Translations under genes and position numbers: made by a program
Part shown: piece after piece, positions 16,575-27,052 of the stretch
How the letters are laid out: every line of letters starts with the position of its first letter
How positions within the stretch are numbered: position 1 is the first letter of the stretch
Notes under the pieces: model-generated
What the model saw: the letters and a program-made list of their open reading frames with translations, nothing else
Database searches by the model: none
What the model was told of the DNA's origin: nothing
DNA from: an uncultured Acidobacteriota bacterium
Lineage (GTDB): Bacteria; Actinomycetota; Acidimicrobiia; Spongiisociales; ZC4RG35
NCBI GenBank assembly: GCA_963720925.1
Contig: CAVRHE010000003.1
Coordinates: 1,263 to 65,262 of the forward strand
Reading direction: 5' to 3'
DNA: 64,000 nucleotides

Positions 16575-17596
16575 CCCGAGGATCGGGCGGCTTTCAGGAT
16601 TCGCCCGAGCATCGACACCACCCGAGCGCCGTCCTCACCCGTTATCGCAGGTGCTCGGTCGTGGCGCACGGCCTCGAGGAAGTCCTCGATGATCACGTCG
16701 TGGCCCCAGAACTGCCTCTTGGCCAGATAGCGGGCGCCGGTTGTCACGGTGCCGATCCCGTGACCGAAGACTCCTGCCAGAGAGCTGCGCAGAATCTGAT
16801 GCGGCTTGTGGCCGCCATCGGGTGGGATCACGAACTGGATGTCCCTGAACAGATCGAGGACGACGACACCACGCTCGCACACGATCGAAACAAACCACTC
16901 CGATACCGGCGCCTCGAAGATCATCGTCAGCTCGGCCATCACGTCGATGCCGCCACTGAACTCGGCACCGAGCGACGCGAACGTCGTGGAGTCCTTTTCC
17001 AGCTTGGACCACGCGTGGTCGATGGTGAGACCTCCGAGGAGGGAGTCCAACAGGTAGATCATGTGGGGCGCTTCGTCGAAGAAGAGCCCACCTGGAAGTT
17101 GCGGATACCAATGCGGCAGTCGACGGTTGGGGCTGCTGGCCTGCAACGCGAGAACATGCCGGACGGCTCCGAGCTTGCCCGAGTCGAGGCGTTGTCGCGC
17201 CGAGGAGAACGATCTCGAGAAGAGCAGGTTGTGAGAAACCCCTAGCTTCATCCCGGTCTCCCCGGCGGTTGCGACCATTGCGGAAGCCTCGGCGTCGTCG
17301 AGAGCCATTGGCTTCTCCACGAACACGTTGATCCCTCGTCTCATTGCCGACACGGAGAGCTCGGCATGGCTGAAGGGCGACGTGCACACGAAGACCACAT
17401 CGGGCTGACGATCGAATAGTTCCGACGCCTCGGCAAATGATGACGACTCGTATCGCTCTGCCACGGCCCACGCTCGTTCATGGTTCCGATCCGCTATCCC
17501 GACCAGGGTCACCTGGTCGAGCCGCTCCAAGACAGGCAGGTATCGATCGGCTGCCACCCAACCCGAGCCCACCACACCGACCTTCAACTCAGTCAT
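16571..17596 (-). CDS. Gfo/Idh/MocA-family NAD(P)-dependent oxidoreductase
   Basis: I chose the internal ATG 17594-17596 (MTELKVGVVGSGWVAADRYLPVL...). It has the Rossmann motif GVVGSG and the EKP motif (VFVEKPMAL). The start overlaps the stop of the upstream GT4 by 8 nt. Confidence 0.8.
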   Translation of the reverse strand: MTELKVGVVGSGWVAADRYLPVLERLDQVTLVGIADRNHERAWAVAERYESSSFAEASELFDRQPDVVFVCTSPFSHAELSVSAMRRGINVFVEKPMALDDAEASAMVATAGETGMKLGVSHNLLFSRSFSSARQRLDSGKLGAVRHVLALQASSPNRRLPHWYPQLPGGLFFDEAPHMIYLLDSLLGGLTIDHAWSKLEKDSTTFASLGAEFSGGIDVMAELTMIFEAPVSEWFVSIVCERGVVVLDLFRDIQFVIPPDGGHKPHQILRSSLAGVFGHGIGTVTTGARYLAKRQFWGHDVIIEDFLEAVRHDRAPAITGEDGARVVSMLGRILKAARSSG

Positions 17597-18728
17597 GGCG
17601 CCTCGCCCGCATTTCCTCGAAGAGCTCCAGGTTGGCCGTCGCCGTGGATTCCCAGCTGTACCCGCCCTGGACTCGCTCATGAGCGGCCGCACCCATTTCA
17701 CGACGTTTCCTTGGATCCATGAGCAGTTCAAGCATGGCATCGGCGACGAGAGCCGTGGAACCTGGAGCCACGACGAAACCGGTCACTCCGTGAGCGACGA
17801 TCTCCCGAACGCCACCCACGTCGCATGCAACGACTGGAAGACCAGTCGCCATTGCCTCCAGGATGGTCAGGGGCATGCCTTCGATCTGTGACGGTCTGAC
17901 GAACACGTCGGCCCGACGGAGGACTTCGGCGACGTCATCCCGCATGCCGAGGAATTCGACTGCTCCCTCGAGCCGATGGCCTTGCACATACCGCTGGAGC
18001 GTCGGCAGCATCGGGCCGTCGCCGACGATAACGAGGCGCGAATTTCCAGCCCGGCCGTAGACCATCCGGAACGCCTCCAGGGCGATGTCGGGGCCCTTGT
18101 TCGCAATGAGTCGCCCGACGAAGACAAATCGGACATCACCTTCTCTCTTGGCACCCCCCGGCCGGAATTGCTCCAGGTCGACACCGTTGGGGATCACCCT
18201 GAGGAACTGCTCCGGCCGTGGTTTCGCACCGGCTGCGACCGCCCGGCTCACTGCCACCAGAGCGTCGGCTCGGGCAACGAGTCGTCGTGCCACGGTCGTC
18301 TCGTAGATCCGCGAAACCGCGCCCCTCCACCCGGCAAAATCGTCGAGGCCGGCGATGTGGAGCGTCAGCACGCTCGGGATTCCAAGGGCCCTCGCCGCCG
18401 ACAAGGCCGGAGGAGTGGTGGTGAAGAACTGGTGATGGGCATTGAGCACGTCCGGGTCAAACGCCTCGATTGTCGACTTCATCTTCCGAAACGAATCCAG
18501 CGATACGGTGAGCTCGAGACCCGTGACCCCACTGAGCCGGGTGGATGGAAAACGGTGGACCAAGACACCATCGAGCATTTCTCTAGCCGGCCAGCCGTGG
18601 CGGCCCAGCGTTACGACCATGACATCGTGGCCGCGACGGGCGAGCCTCGTAGCCACCTCATTCACCACGGCTTCGACTCCGCCGCCGATGTGGGGCGGGT
18701 AATAGTCAGTGGTGAACGCGACCCTCAC
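17589..18728 (-). CDS. Glycosyltransferase family 4 (GT-B)
   Basis: It starts at GTG with MRVAFTTDYYPPHIGGGVEAVVNEVA... The C-terminal half has the E..G(M/L)P..ILEAMA motif (QIEGMPLTILEAMATGLPVVA). Confidence 0.85.
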   Translation of the reverse strand: MRVAFTTDYYPPHIGGGVEAVVNEVATRLARRGHDVMVVTLGRHGWPAREMLDGVLVHRFPSTRLSGVTGLELTVSLDSFRKMKSTIEAFDPDVLNAHHQFFTTTPPALSAARALGIPSVLTLHIAGLDDFAGWRGAVSRIYETTVARRLVARADALVAVSRAVAAGAKPRPEQFLRVIPNGVDLEQFRPGGAKREGDVRFVFVGRLIANKGPDIALEAFRMVYGRAGNSRLVIVGDGPMLPTLQRYVQGHRLEGAVEFLGMRDDVAEVLRRADVFVRPSQIEGMPLTILEAMATGLPVVACDVGGVREIVAHGVTGFVVAPGSTALVADAMLELLMDPRKRREMGAAAHERVQGGYSWESTATANLELFEEMRARRHD

Positions 18729-18751
18729 CTACGTCACGGCGGTCGAGCCGT

Positions 18752-19700
18752 TCAGACGTGGTCGACGCGGTCGGCGTTATTCGCCCCGGCGTCGGATCGG
18801 ACCGCCATGACGTCGATAGCCGGCAGGTCCGACCCATGCAGCAGGGTCAGGTCAACGATCGTGTCTGTGCCTGTAGCGAGGGCGGCATGCCACTCACGGG
18901 GCGCTGTCTGGCGGTGATGGTCGTGACCCTGACCCCTCGAGCGAACCAGCATCAGCCCCAGATGTCTGAGACCGTCACGGAAAGTGCGGAGCTTTGGTTG
19001 ACCGCCGGATCGCCGCCGGTATCGAAATCGGGACCTGCTCGATCCTCGCCCCGTGCTGCACTGCCTCGATCAGGAACTCGGAGGCGAACTCCATTCCCGG
19101 GGAAACCAGGTCCAACTGCTCCAGGTAAGGCTTCCTGATGCTGCGAAGACCGCAGTGGGCGTCACCGATGTCGCTTCTGAAGAGGACATTCATTATTCCG
19201 GTCAGAACCGGATTGCCGACGTAGCGGTGAAGCCAGGGCATCGCCCCCTTCTCCATTCCCCGATTGAGGCGGTTTCCGACGACCATGTCCGCGCCATCTT
19301 GAAGTGGCTCGACAAACGCGGGGAGGGCGCCGAAGTCGTATGTTCCGTCTGAGTCACCCATGACGAGATAGCGACCCCTCGCCTCGGAGAGCCCACGACG
19401 GCAAGCGTTCCCGTATCCGCGATCGGGCTCGTGGATCACCCGAGCGCCGGCCGCACGGGCCATGACGACCGAACGGTCAGACGAGCCATTGTCGACAACC
19501 ACGACCTCGCCAGAGATGCCCAATTCGACCAGCGCCCGGCTGGCCTCCTCGACACATCGACCGATTGCCTCCTCCTCGTTCAGACATGGCATGACGATCG
19601 ACACGTCGATGGCGCGGCCGGCGACGGGGACGCCGTTATGGGTTTGCGGAGCCTCGCGAGCTTCCATTCGATTGGACTTGCGGCTCTCGGAATATGTCAC
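18752..19700 (-). pseudogene. Glycosyltransferase family 2 (polyprenol-phosphate sugar synthase-like), frame broken near the 3' end
   Basis: It contains VSIVMPCLNEEEAI...VVVDNGSSDRS...MGDSDGTYD (a DxD-type motif). ORF 18975..19700 ends ...EQVPISIPAAIRRSTKAPHFP*. The +1 frame reads YRRRSGGQPKLRTFRDGLRHLGLML, the usual GT2 C-terminal motif, and stays open to 18752, 24 nt before the next gene start. The junction is near 19021. Confidence 0.75.
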
Positions 19701-20050
19701 GCTGGCTCACCGCCCTCGTCCTCCGCCTCGTTCTCCGGGCCCAAGCTCCACACCCAGCGGAAAACCATCGGGACCACGAAGAACATGCCGGCGACCCCCG
19801 CGGACAAAACCGCGGCCTGACCCCAGAGGGGCAGACGTGCCAGCGGCTCGAACATGCGAAGCCAGCCCGGGGTTTCCACTTCCTGAATCTCGGGCGCCTC
19901 GTACGGCGTTTCCTGCGCCACGACGATGCCAGTGTCAGCGGCGGCGACCAACGCCGGCGCGAAGACCACCATCGCCACAAATGTCAGACCAACTATCAGG
20001 CGCGCCAAACGCAACGCCTTCCGCACCATTACACCCTTCACGAGCCCCAA
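19697..20050 (-). CDS. Small hypothetical membrane protein (two hydrophobic segments)
   Basis: The 117-aa ORF contains LIVGLTFVAMVVFAPALVAA and AAVLSAGVAGMFFVVPMVF. Its stop overlaps the GT2 start (ATGA). I recognised no family. Confidence 0.5.
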   Translation of the reverse strand: MGLVKGVMVRKALRLARLIVGLTFVAMVVFAPALVAAADTGIVVAQETPYEAPEIQEVETPGWLRMFEPLARLPLWGQAAVLSAGVAGMFFVVPMVFRWVWSLGPENEAEDEGGEPA

Positions 20051-20055
20051 CTCTC

Positions 20056-20931
20056 TTATCCAGGCGGGTTCCGATAGCCCCTGACCAGGGCCCTTACCCG
20101 CTCCTCCATCCTCATCCCCCGCGCCATCTTGCGCGCAAAAAAGAACTGCCGGTCGGACCGCTGGACCGGCACCCTGCCAATCCTAAAGGGGTCCGTACTT
20201 TGTGAAACCGGGGATCCTCCCCCCAGCACCGCTGTGTCGTAATTGGCCCGGACCACCTTTTCGGCGGAGTCGTCCCAGAAGCCCTTTGGATATGCAAAGT
20301 GCTTCGGAGCCTGACCGGTTCGCATCTCGATGAGGCGATTCGAGTGGCCAATCTCTTCTTCGATCTGATCCACACCCAGGCCGCGCAGATCCGGATGGGT
20401 ATGAGTATGTGCTCCCAGAGTCACGAGACCGGTTGAGAGCATCTCGTCGACCTGATCCCAACTGAGGGGCCGGTCTCCGGGATGTAACAGCTCTCCGGTC
20501 TCGATGTGACCGCTGGTCAGATACAGCGTGAACGGAATCCCCTGCTCGCGCAGAAGCGGAAAGCCGTTCTCGTAGAAATCGGCATAGCCATCGTCGAAGG
20601 TCAAGACGAACAGACGCTTTGATTCCGGATCGTCGGCCCCAGAGAGGGCGTCACCGAAGCCGACGATCCGGCCATGGTCCAGTAACCACTTGACGTGGCC
20701 CCGGAACATCTCAGGAGAAAGGTCCATCTGGCGCCCGGAGCCCGCCCCCACCTGGTGATAGATCAGGATGCGGGGACCGGGCCAGTCACCCAAGAAGAGG
20801 TCGGTCGCTGCGAACGAGCCTTTGGCTGCCGTCCTGAGAACCTCTCGTGTCGCCGAGCGCAACCCCGACGAGGGTGGCACGACACCGCCCTCGACAGAGG
20901 TGAACGACGGGCTATCTGTCAGCTCGGACAT
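20056..20931 (-). CDS. Polysaccharide deacetylase (NodB homology domain, CE4)
   Basis: I chose the internal ATG at 20931 ([10 protein letters not shown]...). It contains ILIYHQVG, LTFDDGYADFY and GAHTHTHPDL, the CE4 motifs. The upstream 68 codons of the ORF track overlap the co-polymerase gene. Confidence 0.8.
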   Translation of the reverse strand: MSELTDSPSFTSVEGGVVPPSSGLRSATREVLRTAAKGSFAATDLFLGDWPGPRILIYHQVGAGSGRQMDLSPEMFRGHVKWLLDHGRIVGFGDALSGADDPESKRLFVLTFDDGYADFYENGFPLLREQGIPFTLYLTSGHIETGELLHPGDRPLSWDQVDEMLSTGLVTLGAHTHTHPDLRGLGVDQIEEEIGHSNRLIEMRTGQAPKHFAYPKGFWDDSAEKVVRANYDTAVLGGGSPVSQSTDPFRIGRVPVQRSDRQFFFARKMARGMRMEERVRALVRGYRNPPG

Positions 20932-22789
20932 GGGCACCTTCCCGGCCCCGTCCAACCTCTTCGATGTCGACCTCGGCTCCCTCGGCTGGCTCAGCCCCAC
21001 CCGGGTCGCCCTTGGAGCGCCCTTCGGCGAAGCCGTCGACGGTCTTCCACATCTTGGAGCGGAAGCCGGTCGATGCCCAGCGAGTGAGCTTGGTCCGTCG
21101 ACGACGGAGAAGCACCACACCCAGCAGGGTGGCACGGCGGATGGCGAAGTCGCGATCTGCGGCCTCGAGGGAACGGGTCACGGTGTGACCGGCCGAAGCG
21201 ACCAGGATCACGGAGTCAACCCTTTGGGCCAATACATGAGAAGCAGCTTCGCCCAGATTCGTCCCGGCGATGATGACGATGTCGAAGATCTCTCGCGCGA
21301 CCTCGAGCAATAGCTCGAACCGATATCCGGAGAGAACATCGGCCGCGTCTCGCTTGCCGTTGCCGGAGCGAAGGGCTCGCAGCCCGTTCACCACCTCAGG
21401 GGCGGATAGCAGGACTGTCTTGAACTCGGAGATGAGCTCCTCACGCTCGCCACCGGCTCCGCCGAGCAAGCTGGACAAGTTGGCTCCCGCCGCGGGCCCC
21501 CACTCCACCATCTGGTTGGTCTTGTCAAAGGTTGCGTCGAGGAGGAGCACGCTCCGACTCGATACCGCCACTGCGACGGCAATATCGGCAGTCAGCTCAC
21601 GGATGTCCTCTTTGAAGATCCCGCTCCCCTGGAATGCGACGATGGCATTGTCGTGATCGTCCAGTTGGCTGCGAAGCATCTGGATGGCGGCCTTTCGCCT
21701 CCCTCCTGTGCTTTCGAGGTACCAGGGCTGGTTGGTCGGGTGGTGGACGATGCCCAGCGGCCGTGAGGGCAGCTCGACTATGACCGGCGGCCCCTCGTCG
21801 AGGTCCTTGGCGGACCACATCATGCCCCGGCCCCGCTCGAGCGCGATGAGCCCGATCAGTACCGCGCCGATGGCTCCAAGTGTCGCCAGCATCTGGTTGC
21901 TGGATGTCGAAGCGGCATCGAGGGTGACGGGCCTGCTGTCGACACCACCCGAACGAGCAAGGGCTTCCTGCTCGAGAATTCCGGTGAAGAGGTTGTTCCA
22001 CCTGGTCTCGAGCTGCTGAAGCTCGAGCTGCATCAGGGTGAGGGCGGGATCCTGCAGTTCCTGAACAGCGGGATCGACCGGCGCCGGGAGCGTGGCCAGC
22101 TGCGCCTGCAGCTCGGAGAGACGCGCCATGGTCCGGTCCATCTCGGCCTGGATCGATTCGGGTGTCCGCAGCACCAGCTCCGGGTTCATGAGTTGGGTGG
22201 TCAGATTCCCCAGATGGGCCTGCAACGCTGCCACCTGATTCTCCAGGACACTCCGCTCGGTCTGCTGTGCCACCTCATCGGGGGTGGGGGGAGTCGCCGC
22301 CTGGAGGGCTGCGATCTCGTCGCGCGTCGCCTTGATGTCAGTGGAAGTCTGCTCCAGGTCGCTTCTCATCCCGTCGAGGCCGGCACCAACGGTCGACACC
22401 GCGAGGAAGTTCTTCTGCATGTTCTCAGCCAGCGCGTCCGCCTCGGCCTGAGTGAATCCGCGAGCGATGAACTGAAGCTGGTTGGCTTCGGTCTCGAGAT
22501 CCACCTCTGCCATGAGCCATGGGACGAAAGGACCCGGAGTCTCGCCGATTACGTCGGAGTTGACGTCAGTAGCCAGAGCGAACTGTGTGTCGAGGAAAGT
22601 CTCGAAATCCTCCCGCTCGAGCGCCTGCGGGTCCTCGGTGAATGTCACCGAGGACATCGCCTCGAACGGCGGCAGGTTGGCATTGCGATACTCGGCCAGC
22701 TCGCCGGAGACCACGTACGCCAGGATCGCGGCGGCGGCCAGCAGCCACCATCTCGCCTTGGCGATACCTCGAATCGTTGTCATGTCCAC
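20912..22789 (-). CDS. Polysaccharide co-polymerase (Wzz-like) fused to a degenerate BY-kinase/MinD-like domain
   Basis: An N-terminal TM segment ([14 protein letters not shown]) is followed by a long coiled-coil-like ectodomain and a second TM segment ([17 protein letters not shown]). The cytoplasmic domain is arranged like CpsD/Wzc kinases. In that domain, [13 protein letters not shown] replaces Walker A and IVIIAGTNL replaces Walker B. There is no C-terminal Tyr cluster. Confidence 0.7.
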   Translation of the reverse strand: MDMTTIRGIAKARWWLLAAAAILAYVVSGELAEYRNANLPPFEAMSSVTFTEDPQALEREDFETFLDTQFALATDVNSDVIGETPGPFVPWLMAEVDLETEANQLQFIARGFTQAEADALAENMQKNFLAVSTVGAGLDGMRSDLEQTSTDIKATRDEIAALQAATPPTPDEVAQQTERSVLENQVAALQAHLGNLTTQLMNPELVLRTPESIQAEMDRTMARLSELQAQLATLPAPVDPAVQELQDPALTLMQLELQQLETRWNNLFTGILEQEALARSGGVDSRPVTLDAASTSSNQMLATLGAIGAVLIGLIALERGRGMMWSAKDLDEGPPVIVELPSRPLGIVHHPTNQPWYLESTGGRRKAAIQMLRSQLDDHDNAIVAFQGSGIFKEDIRELTADIAVAVAVSSRSVLLLDATFDKTNQMVEWGPAAGANLSSLLGGAGGEREELISEFKTVLLSAPEVVNGLRALRSGNGKRDAADVLSGYRFELLLEVAREIFDIVIIAGTNLGEAASHVLAQRVDSVILVASAGHTVTRSLEAADRDFAIRRATLLGVVLLRRRRTKLTRWASTGFRSKMWKTVDGFAEGRSKGDPGGAEPAEGAEVDIEEVGRGREGAHVRADR

Positions 22790-24727
22790 TGCTTCACCTC
22801 TTCGGTCTCTCTCAAATCGACGGTCACATCATCAGGCCACTCGTGATTGGCGAGGGCCAACAAGAACTCCTTGAGCTCCTGTCTTCCACCTTTGGTGGAC
22901 ATCTGCTTCAGCTGCCGGACGCTCTGCTTGAGCAGGTCCGGGCCGGGAACCTCTGTCTCGGCGATATTGATCTGGGGGTGCGCGCTACTCAAAAGCGGGC
23001 CATGGGCCAGTTCCTCGAACAGCTTCTCGCCGGGACGGATGCCGACCACCTTGACCTCGATGTCCCGACCGGGGACCAAGCCGCCGAGCCTGATCATTCG
23101 GTGGGCGAGGTCGACGATCCGAACCGGCTGACCCATGTCGAGGACGAAGACCTCACCGCGGTCAGCGAGCGCCGACGCCTGGAGAACTAGCTGGACCGCC
23201 TCTCCGATCGTCATGAAGTAGCGAGTCATGGCCTCGTCGGTGATGGTCACCGGCCCTCCCTTGCGGATCTGCTCCATGAAGGTGGGGACCACGCTCCCGC
23301 GGCTGCCCAAGCACATTCCCGAATCGAACCGACGAATAGATGCAGCCGTCGGTCTCGGTGGCGGAGGCCGACTGCACCAGCATCTCGGCCATCCGCTTCG
23401 AGGCTCCCATGACGCCTTTTGGCTCGACGGTCTTGTCGGTGGAGATCAGGACGAAGCGCTCGACGCCGGTGTCACGAACCACCTTGAGCAGGTTGCTGGT
23501 TCCGACGACGTTGGTTTTGACGGCTTCCTCCGGCCAGTCCTCGAGGATGGGGACATGCTTGTGGGCGGCGGCGTGGAAGATGACCTGTGGTCGATACTTC
23601 ATGATGAGCGCCTTGAGCTTTCTCTTGTCCCGGACGTCGCACAGGACGGGGGTCAGCTCGGTGCCCGCCGGCGCTTCCCACTTGACCATGTTGTCGTGGA
23701 GGTGGGTCTCGTCGTTATCCATCGCCACAACTCGGGCCGGCATGAAGGCGAGGACCTGACTCACGATCTCCGACCCGATCGAGCCTCCAGCTCCGGTGAC
23801 CAAAACAGTCTTGCCGTACAGGATCGATTCGACAGCCTCGAGGTCGGTGCTGACCGCAGGGCGAAGGAGGAGGTCTTCGATCTCGAGGTCCCTGATGTCG
23901 GGACCGCCGTCATAACCGGTGAGCAGCTCATCGAGATCGGGGACGATCCTCAGCCGGACATCGATGTCGACGCAGAGGTCGACCAGTCGGCGGGCGAGAA
24001 CGCTGGCACCCTCCGAGGCAACGATCACCTGTTGGACGTTCAGGTTGGTCACCAGCGAAGCGATGTCTTCGAGCTCGCCGACGATGGGCAGGTTGGCGAG
24101 ACGCTTTCCCTTCGTAGTAGGCCCGGAGCTGACGAACCCGACTACATCGACTTCGTAGGGGCCGGTATAGCGGGCGAGGTCGGCGGCGCGTTTGCTGGTG
24201 CCCAGGATGAGGACACGATCGCGGGCGTCGAGACGGAGACCGCGATGGAAGGAGAAGAGACGGGAGCGGAAGCGGACCGCCCCGAGGAACCCAAGTGAGA
24301 TCATCGAACCGAGGACCAGCACGGACAGGGGAACCGCCCGGTTGCCGGGCCCTTCGATCAGCTCCAGGTCGCCCATGGCGAGGGTGATGAGGATCAGGAC
24401 TGTTGACGCCCAGAACGTGGCGGCGATGACCCGACGGGCCTCGCTGATGCTTGCGAACTCCCAGACATGGCCATACGCACCCATTGCGACGTTGGCCACG
24501 AGATGGACTCCGATGATGACCGGCAGCGCCACGGCGACACGCGTCCACCACACGCCGGCGAGCCTGCCGTCCAAAGAGAGGACACCGAGCGCCGACAGGT
24601 AGGCAACGGCGATGACCATCGCGTCGACGAATGCGAACGAGATATCGGCACGAAGCTGCGCGAGCAGGGTCGCCACCTGTGCCCCAAACGAACTAGCCCC
24701 AAACTTCCCGGTCAACCGCTTCATCAC
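22780..24727 (-). pseudogene. CapD/PglF/WbpM-like membrane-bound nucleotide-sugar 4,6-dehydratase, frame broken once
   Basis: Four N-terminal hydrophobic segments are followed by VLVTGAGGSIGSEI...[21 protein letters not shown] (an SDR YxxxK-type core). ORF 23162..24727 loses similarity after [11 protein letters not shown] 22780..23316 continues [41 protein letters not shown]. The junction is at the CCC run 23306-23308 (GGG on the coding strand). Removing one G gives [13 protein letters not shown]. Confidence 0.85.
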
Positions 24728-24905
24728 GGCATCCGCCCTCTTTTTGTCCCAGTCGGATGCGCGCGACGGCAGTCAAGCCCCAAGCAGCATCCGTAATGCC
24801 TCCCAGAATCCAGTCAGGGAAACGAAACCGAACGAAAGCGATTTCCCCCGACCCAGCCGATGCGTTACGGACGCTTCGACCCGTTGCGTTACCTTAACCA
24901 CTCAG

Positions 24906-24924
24906 CGTGCTGGTTACCAGCACG
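24906..24924. promoter_or_regulatory. Perfect 19-bp palindrome (8-bp arms, 3-nt centre) in the divergent capD/epimerase intergenic region
   Basis: CGTGCTGG-TTA-CCAGCACG was read directly. It is followed 9 nt later by a T7 run (24933-24939). It lies in a 340-bp, relatively AT-rich gap between divergent operons. A direct repeat TGCGTTAC occurs twice, at 24861 and 24885. Confidence 0.4.
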
Positions 24925-25068
24925 TAATTCGATTTTTTTCAGACTCTCGATTTTGCACGATGGGAAGCGGCCTGGGAGGACATGGAAGAGTGCCTCCCAT
25001 TGAGCCGTGATCACCCTCCGTGTTATTCTTCCCGATCTCAGTGGGGGTATTCAGAGGGAGGACTCACC

Positions 25069-25947
25069 ATGAAGGCATTGGTGACTGGGTCTGCGGGTTT
25101 CATCGGCGCGCACGTCTCCAGAGCATTGTTGGGCGACGGATTCGAGGTCACTGGTTACGACCAGAGGGAATCCGCCGCGGCCGGAGTCGAATCGGTCGTC
25201 GGCGATTTCCTGGATCTCGAGGGGCTGACCGCCGCCGTCAAAGGTCATGACGTCATCGTCCATATCGGCGCGATCGGCGACGTGTACCTCGCCGCCACCA
25301 ACCCGGAGCTAGCTGCTTCGGTCAATGTCACCGGGAGCACCAACATCGCTCTCGCCGCCGAGGCGGCCGGGGCCAGAGTGGTCTACGCCTCGACGTGGGA
25401 GGTCTACGGGGAGCCCGTGTACGAGCCGGTCGACGAGAAGCATCCGTGCGAACCCGACCACCCATACAACATCACCAAGCTGGCGGGCGAGCGAATGCTG
25501 ATCGCCGCAGACCGGCTTCATGACGTGCCGGTAGTCGCGCTCAGGCTGGGCACCGCCTATGGCCTCGGGATGCGACCGAATTCCGTCTTCGAGATCTTCA
25601 TCGACAAGGCCCGCAAGGGTGAGCCGATCACGATCCAGGGTGACGGCTCACAGGGTCGCCAATTCACTCACGCCAGGGACATCGCCAGGGCGTTCGTCGC
25701 CGCCGCCAAGAGCCAACTCAGAGGGATCGCCCTCAACGTGGTGTCACCCGAGATGATCTCGATCAAGCAGTTGGCCGACGTGGTCACCGAGCGATTCCCT
25801 ACTGATGTGATCTATGGGCAGCCCCGACCCGGCGATGTGGCCCCGTCGTACGTTTCGGCGGCCCGAATCGAGGAGAAGCTCGGCTGGAAGACCGAAGTGA
25901 GTTTCGAGGAGGGCATGGCGGAGTTGCTCTCCGTCGATCGAGGCTGA
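25069..25947 (+). CDS. NAD-dependent nucleotide-sugar epimerase/dehydratase (SDR, UDP-glucose 4-epimerase-like)
   Basis: The start is ATG 25069, preceded by AGGGAGG. The protein reads MKALVTGSAGFIGAHV... and carries the YxxxK motif (YNITKLAGE). Confidence 0.8.
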   Translation: MKALVTGSAGFIGAHVSRALLGDGFEVTGYDQRESAAAGVESVVGDFLDLEGLTAAVKGHDVIVHIGAIGDVYLAATNPELAASVNVTGSTNIALAAEAAGARVVYASTWEVYGEPVYEPVDEKHPCEPDHPYNITKLAGERMLIAADRLHDVPVVALRLGTAYGLGMRPNSVFEIFIDKARKGEPITIQGDGSQGRQFTHARDIARAFVAAAKSQLRGIALNVVSPEMISIKQLADVVTERFPTDVIYGQPRPGDVAPSYVSAARIEEKLGWKTEVSFEEGMAELLSVDRG

Positions 25948-25948
25948 G

Positions 25949-27052
25949 GTGGGCTCAGAGAAGATCAGCGTTCTGGTCCTGATCAAGGGTCTGGGAATCG
26001 GAGGGGCGGAGAAGCTGATCTCGGAGGGATCCCGGTTCTGGGATCGGGATTCTTTTCACTATACGGTCGCCTACGTGCTCCCATGGAAGGACCAGCTCGT
26101 CGGCGACCTCGAAGGTCAGGGCATCGAGGTGCTCATGATCGGAGGCGACAGAGGGCTCACTCCACCGACCGTGGGCCGGCTGCGCCGCCTGGTGAAGGAT
26201 CTCGACATCGACCTCATTCACGCCCATCTCCCCACGATGGGGATCGTGGCTCGCATCGCGTCGCCGGTCCCGGTGGTCTATACCGAGCACAACATGGCCG
26301 ACTCCTATCGACCCTTGACCCGCGTCATGAACCGCCTCACATATGGGCGGAATGCCGCGACGACCGCAGTCTCCGGAGCCGTGGCCGGCTCGGTCAGCAA
26401 CTGGCCCGGTGAGCCTCCGATCGTCATCCCCAACGGGGTTGCAGTCCACGTCGAGCCAGAGCAGATCTTGGCCGCTCGACAGGAGCTGAGGATTTCGCCA
26501 TCCGATCCGCTCGTGGCCCATGTCGGCAACATCCGGCCCGGCAAGGGACACGATGTCCTGATCGACGCCGTCGGCTACCTCCACCAGCGGATGCCGTCAG
26601 TCCGGTTCGCATCCATCGGCGGCGAGAAATACCCCGGCGATCTCGACCGGGTCCGCAACCGAGCCATCGACGCCGGTCTCGAGGACCACCTCCGATTCAT
26701 GGGGCGGCGCGCCGACGCGCTCAGCTTCGTGGCGGCAGCCGACATCTTCGTCAACCCGTCGAGCATCGAAGGTCTGCCGGTCGCCATCCTCGAGGCGATG
26801 GCTTTGGGCCGTCCCGTGGTGGCAGCAGCTGCCGGGGGCGTGCCCGGGATCGTCAAGGATGGCGAGACGGGCATCCTGGTCGAGCCGAACGAGCCAAAGG
26901 CGCTCGCCGCCGGGATCGAGAAGCTCCTGAACGACCCCTTCCTGGCTGACCGGCTCGGTCAGGCGGCTCAGGACATGGTGGAGAAGGAGTACGGGCTGGA
27001 GCCGATGGTCCAGGCCACCGAGGACGTTTACCGACAGGTCGTACATGGCTGA
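25949..27052 (+). CDS. Glycosyltransferase family 4
   Basis: The GTG start lies 1 nt after the upstream stop. It contains ISVLVLIKGLGIGGAEKL and ...SSIEGLPVAILEAMALGRPVVA. Confidence 0.8.
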   Translation: MGSEKISVLVLIKGLGIGGAEKLISEGSRFWDRDSFHYTVAYVLPWKDQLVGDLEGQGIEVLMIGGDRGLTPPTVGRLRRLVKDLDIDLIHAHLPTMGIVARIASPVPVVYTEHNMADSYRPLTRVMNRLTYGRNAATTAVSGAVAGSVSNWPGEPPIVIPNGVAVHVEPEQILAARQELRISPSDPLVAHVGNIRPGKGHDVLIDAVGYLHQRMPSVRFASIGGEKYPGDLDRVRNRAIDAGLEDHLRFMGRRADALSFVAAADIFVNPSSIEGLPVAILEAMALGRPVVAAAAGGVPGIVKDGETGILVEPNEPKALAAGIEKLLNDPFLADRLGQAAQDMVEKEYGLEPMVQATEDVYRQVVHG

